A program made the position numbers and the translations under genes. The notes beneath the pieces are model-generated. The model saw nothing but the letters and a program-made list of their open reading frames with translations. It ran no database searches and was not told the origin of the DNA. A stretch of 26,169 nucleotides of DNA from Leptospirales bacterium. GTDB taxonomy: Bacteria > Spirochaetota > Leptospiria > Turneriellales > JAOUFE01. The DNA lies in the NCBI GenBank assembly GCA_040326155.1, contig JBEQLE010000048.1, positions 1-26,169 of the forward strand, read 5' to 3'. Positions 24,169-26,169 of this stretch are shown one piece after another; positions within the stretch are counted from its first letter, which is position 1; every line of letters begins with the position of its first letter.

Positions 24169-24185
24169 CACTAGTGTTCGGTTCA
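24169..24185. repeat. 17-bp exact copy of 9682-9698
   Basis: CACTAGTGTTCGGTTCA occurs in both intergenic regions. Confidence 0.7.
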
Positions 24186-24454
24186 CTCAGGAAACACCTT
24201 CTTAGGAACAAATCCCTTTCAAAAACAAGAATCCCCCAGCGAGCGATGAAGTTACATGCTCGCATGGATTATATTTCACACGCAATAAGTCAAAAAAATC
24301 TGCAACCTATAAGATTTAGAATATAAAATATTTTAAAATTAATATCATTTGACAGTGTAGACGACTACTGCACTTGGAGGTTCATTTATTCGGTGCAGGA
24401 TAATTCTGTCCATGCCGAATTTATTTTAAAAATATAGAGAGAGGAGTAATTAGT

Positions 24455-26169
24455 ATGGGAAATTATCAAAATGTTATTGCAGCTCGAAAAGAGGGAATCG
24501 AAAAAAAGAGCGCCTATCTTGTCGGCGGCGGCATTGCTTCACTGGCGGCGGCAGCGTACTTAATAAGAGACGGCCATATGCCCGGCAAGAAGATCACGAT
24601 TTTAGAGCAACTCGATATTAACGGGGGATGTTTGGATGGCAGCGGTAACGCCATCGATGGCTACCTTATGCGTGGTGGGCGAGAAATGGAGTCTCACTAC
24701 GAATGCACATGGAATCTCTTTTCATACATTCCAGAGTTAATGCGTAAAAACCCTGACAAGATATTTGCAGGTAAAGAGCCTGAATTGGTTGCAAATCCGA
24801 ATAAAACGGTTTTAAAGGAAGTTCGCGATGTCAATGCGTGGGACCCCAACTCTGCCAAATGCCGCTTAATGAGCGATTGTGGAAAACCAGATCGGAAACC
24901 ATCGTTGGGTCTTTCCCTCTGTCACGTATGGTACCTGTTGAAACTGACACGAAAGTCCGAGGAAAAACTTGGCGCAACAACCGTAAAAGAATTTTTTCCT
25001 AAATCTTATTTTAAAACCCCGATGTGGTATTTCTGGACTTCGATGTTTGCAATGGAGACATGGCACTCGGTAGCCGAGATGAAGCGTTACATGCAACGCT
25101 TTATGCACTTGATGCCCACTATGAGCAGACTGGAAAATATTCTATTCACCACCTACAACCAATATGAATCTATGATTTTACCGTTGAAAAACTGGCTCAA
25201 GAGTGAAGGCGTTCACTTTGATTTGAATACCCAGGTTACTGATCTGAATATTAAGATCGTTGACGGCGAAAAGACCGTGACTGCCATCCACCTGCTACGC
25301 GGCTCTTCGGCTAAGAAAGAAAAAATTGCCACAACAAAAGATGATCTAGTGTTCGTCACCACGGGGTCGATGGTAGAAAACTCCACCATAGGCAATACGA
25401 ATGAACCGGCGATTCTTAACCGAGAGGTCGGCGCTTGCTGGAAATTGTGGAAAAATATTGCCGCCAAAGATTCTGCTTTTGGTAAACCCGAGGTTTTCTG
25501 TTCGCACATCGATAAAAGCAAATTTGTCTCTTTCACCATTACCGCAACAGACTCACCAATAGCAGATTTACTGGAAAAGTTTACCGGCGTCGATCCATAT
25601 TCCCATAGAGGAGTAACCGGCGGCATTATGACGATCAAGGACTCGAGTTGGCGCATGAGCGCCACTTGCAATCGACAACCGCAATACCGAGACCAGCCGG
25701 TCGGTGACTACCAGCCCAAACAAAAGAAGGGTCAACCGGACAAGAACGTTCTGGCAATCTGGGCTTATGGCTTATTCCCGGACAATGTGGGTGACTTCGT
25801 GAAAAAGAAAATGAGCGATTGCACCGGTGAAGAACTTCTCACGGAGCTTCTCTACCATTGGGGCGCCAAAGACCAGATTCCCGAGATTATGAAAACGGTC
25901 AAAGTCATACCTTGTATGATGCCCTACATCACCAGTCAATTTTTGCCCCGCGTCAAAGGGGACCGTCCGGATGTTGTTCCAGAAGGCAGTAAAAATCTCG
26001 CATTTTTAGGACAGTTTGTCGAGATTCCTGACGATTGCGTATTCACAGTCGAGTACTCAGTTCGCTCGGCGATTATGGGTGTCTACAAACTACTTGGCAT
26101 AACGGACAAAAAGGTGCCACCGGTCTTCCCTTCCAAATACGATATACGAGTGCTCATCAATGCTCTCAA
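24455..26169 (+). CDS. ohyA: Oleate hydratase (myosin-cross-reactive antigen family), runs off the window end
   Basis: GAGGAG RBS (24441-24446) and ATG 24455. AYLVGGGIASLAAAAYLIRDG, GGCLDG, MRGGREM, YNQYES, MMPYITSQF, NLAFLGQFVEIPDDCVFTVEYSVRSA. Absent from the ORF track because it has no stop in the window. Confidence 0.95.
   Translation, partial: MGNYQNVIAARKEGIEKKSAYLVGGGIASLAAAAYLIRDGHMPGKKITILEQLDINGGCLDGSGNAIDGYLMRGGREMESHYECTWNLFSYIPELMRKNPDKIFAGKEPELVANPNKTVLKEVRDVNAWDPNSAKCRLMSDCGKPDRKPSLGLSLCHVWYLLKLTRKSEEKLGATTVKEFFPKSYFKTPMWYFWTSMFAMETWHSVAEMKRYMQRFMHLMPTMSRLENILFTTYNQYESMILPLKNWLKSEGVHFDLNTQVTDLNIKIVDGEKTVTAIHLLRGSSAKKEKIATTKDDLVFVTTGSMVENSTIGNTNEPAILNREVGACWKLWKNIAAKDSAFGKPEVFCSHIDKSKFVSFTITATDSPIADLLEKFTGVDPYSHRGVTGGIMTIKDSSWRMSATCNRQPQYRDQPVGDYQPKQKKGQPDKNVLAIWAYGLFPDNVGDFVKKKMSDCTGEELLTELLYHWGAKDQIPEIMKTVKVIPCMMPYITSQFLPRVKGDRPDVVPEGSKNLAFLGQFVEIPDDCVFTVEYSVRSAIMGVYKLLGITDKKVPPVFPSKYDIRVLINAL

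Noticed and set aside
24866..25671. Minus-strand ORFs of 80 and 152 aa
   Set aside because: Antisense to the oleate hydratase gene.

Overview
Bacterial chromosomal window, moderately AT-rich. Lipoprotein signal style and gene content loosely suggest a spirochaete (inference only). It opens with the 3' end of an IS110-family transposase next to a 96-bp TIR-bounded MITE-like element. Then come a YeeZ-like oxidoreductase with a disrupted start, a TPR/HEAT/small exported protein operon, rplM-rpsI (S9 carries a ~145-aa extension with 16 AAEAKP-type units), an RNA pseudouridine synthase, a CPBP protease and queF. A scar zone at ~9350-9930 holds an intact DUF2281-like antitoxin, a 19-codon MazF stump, a MITE-like end and an M23 peptidase fragment. 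Next are a degenerate histidine-kinase-like protein, a PAS-GAF-GAF-GGEEF diguanylate cyclase, mgsA and a hypothetical gene. The best candidate for an undescribed system is the AT-rich insert at ~14690-17465. It consists of a promoter with a short terminated RNA, a ~135-bp-period hairpin/GCTTCGT array showing compensatory base changes, and a 708-aa fusion of an HD (dNTP triphosphohydrolase-like) domain to a Pol-beta-type nucleotidyltransferase that has its own internal RBS/ATG. The window ends with a sulfotransferase, a FeeM-like GNAT-cNMP fusion, a methyltransferase, two paralogous 7-repeat beta-propeller lipoproteins behind a TolB_N/FlgO-like plus beta-barrel gene, and a 3'-truncated oleate hydratase that is missing from the ORF track.
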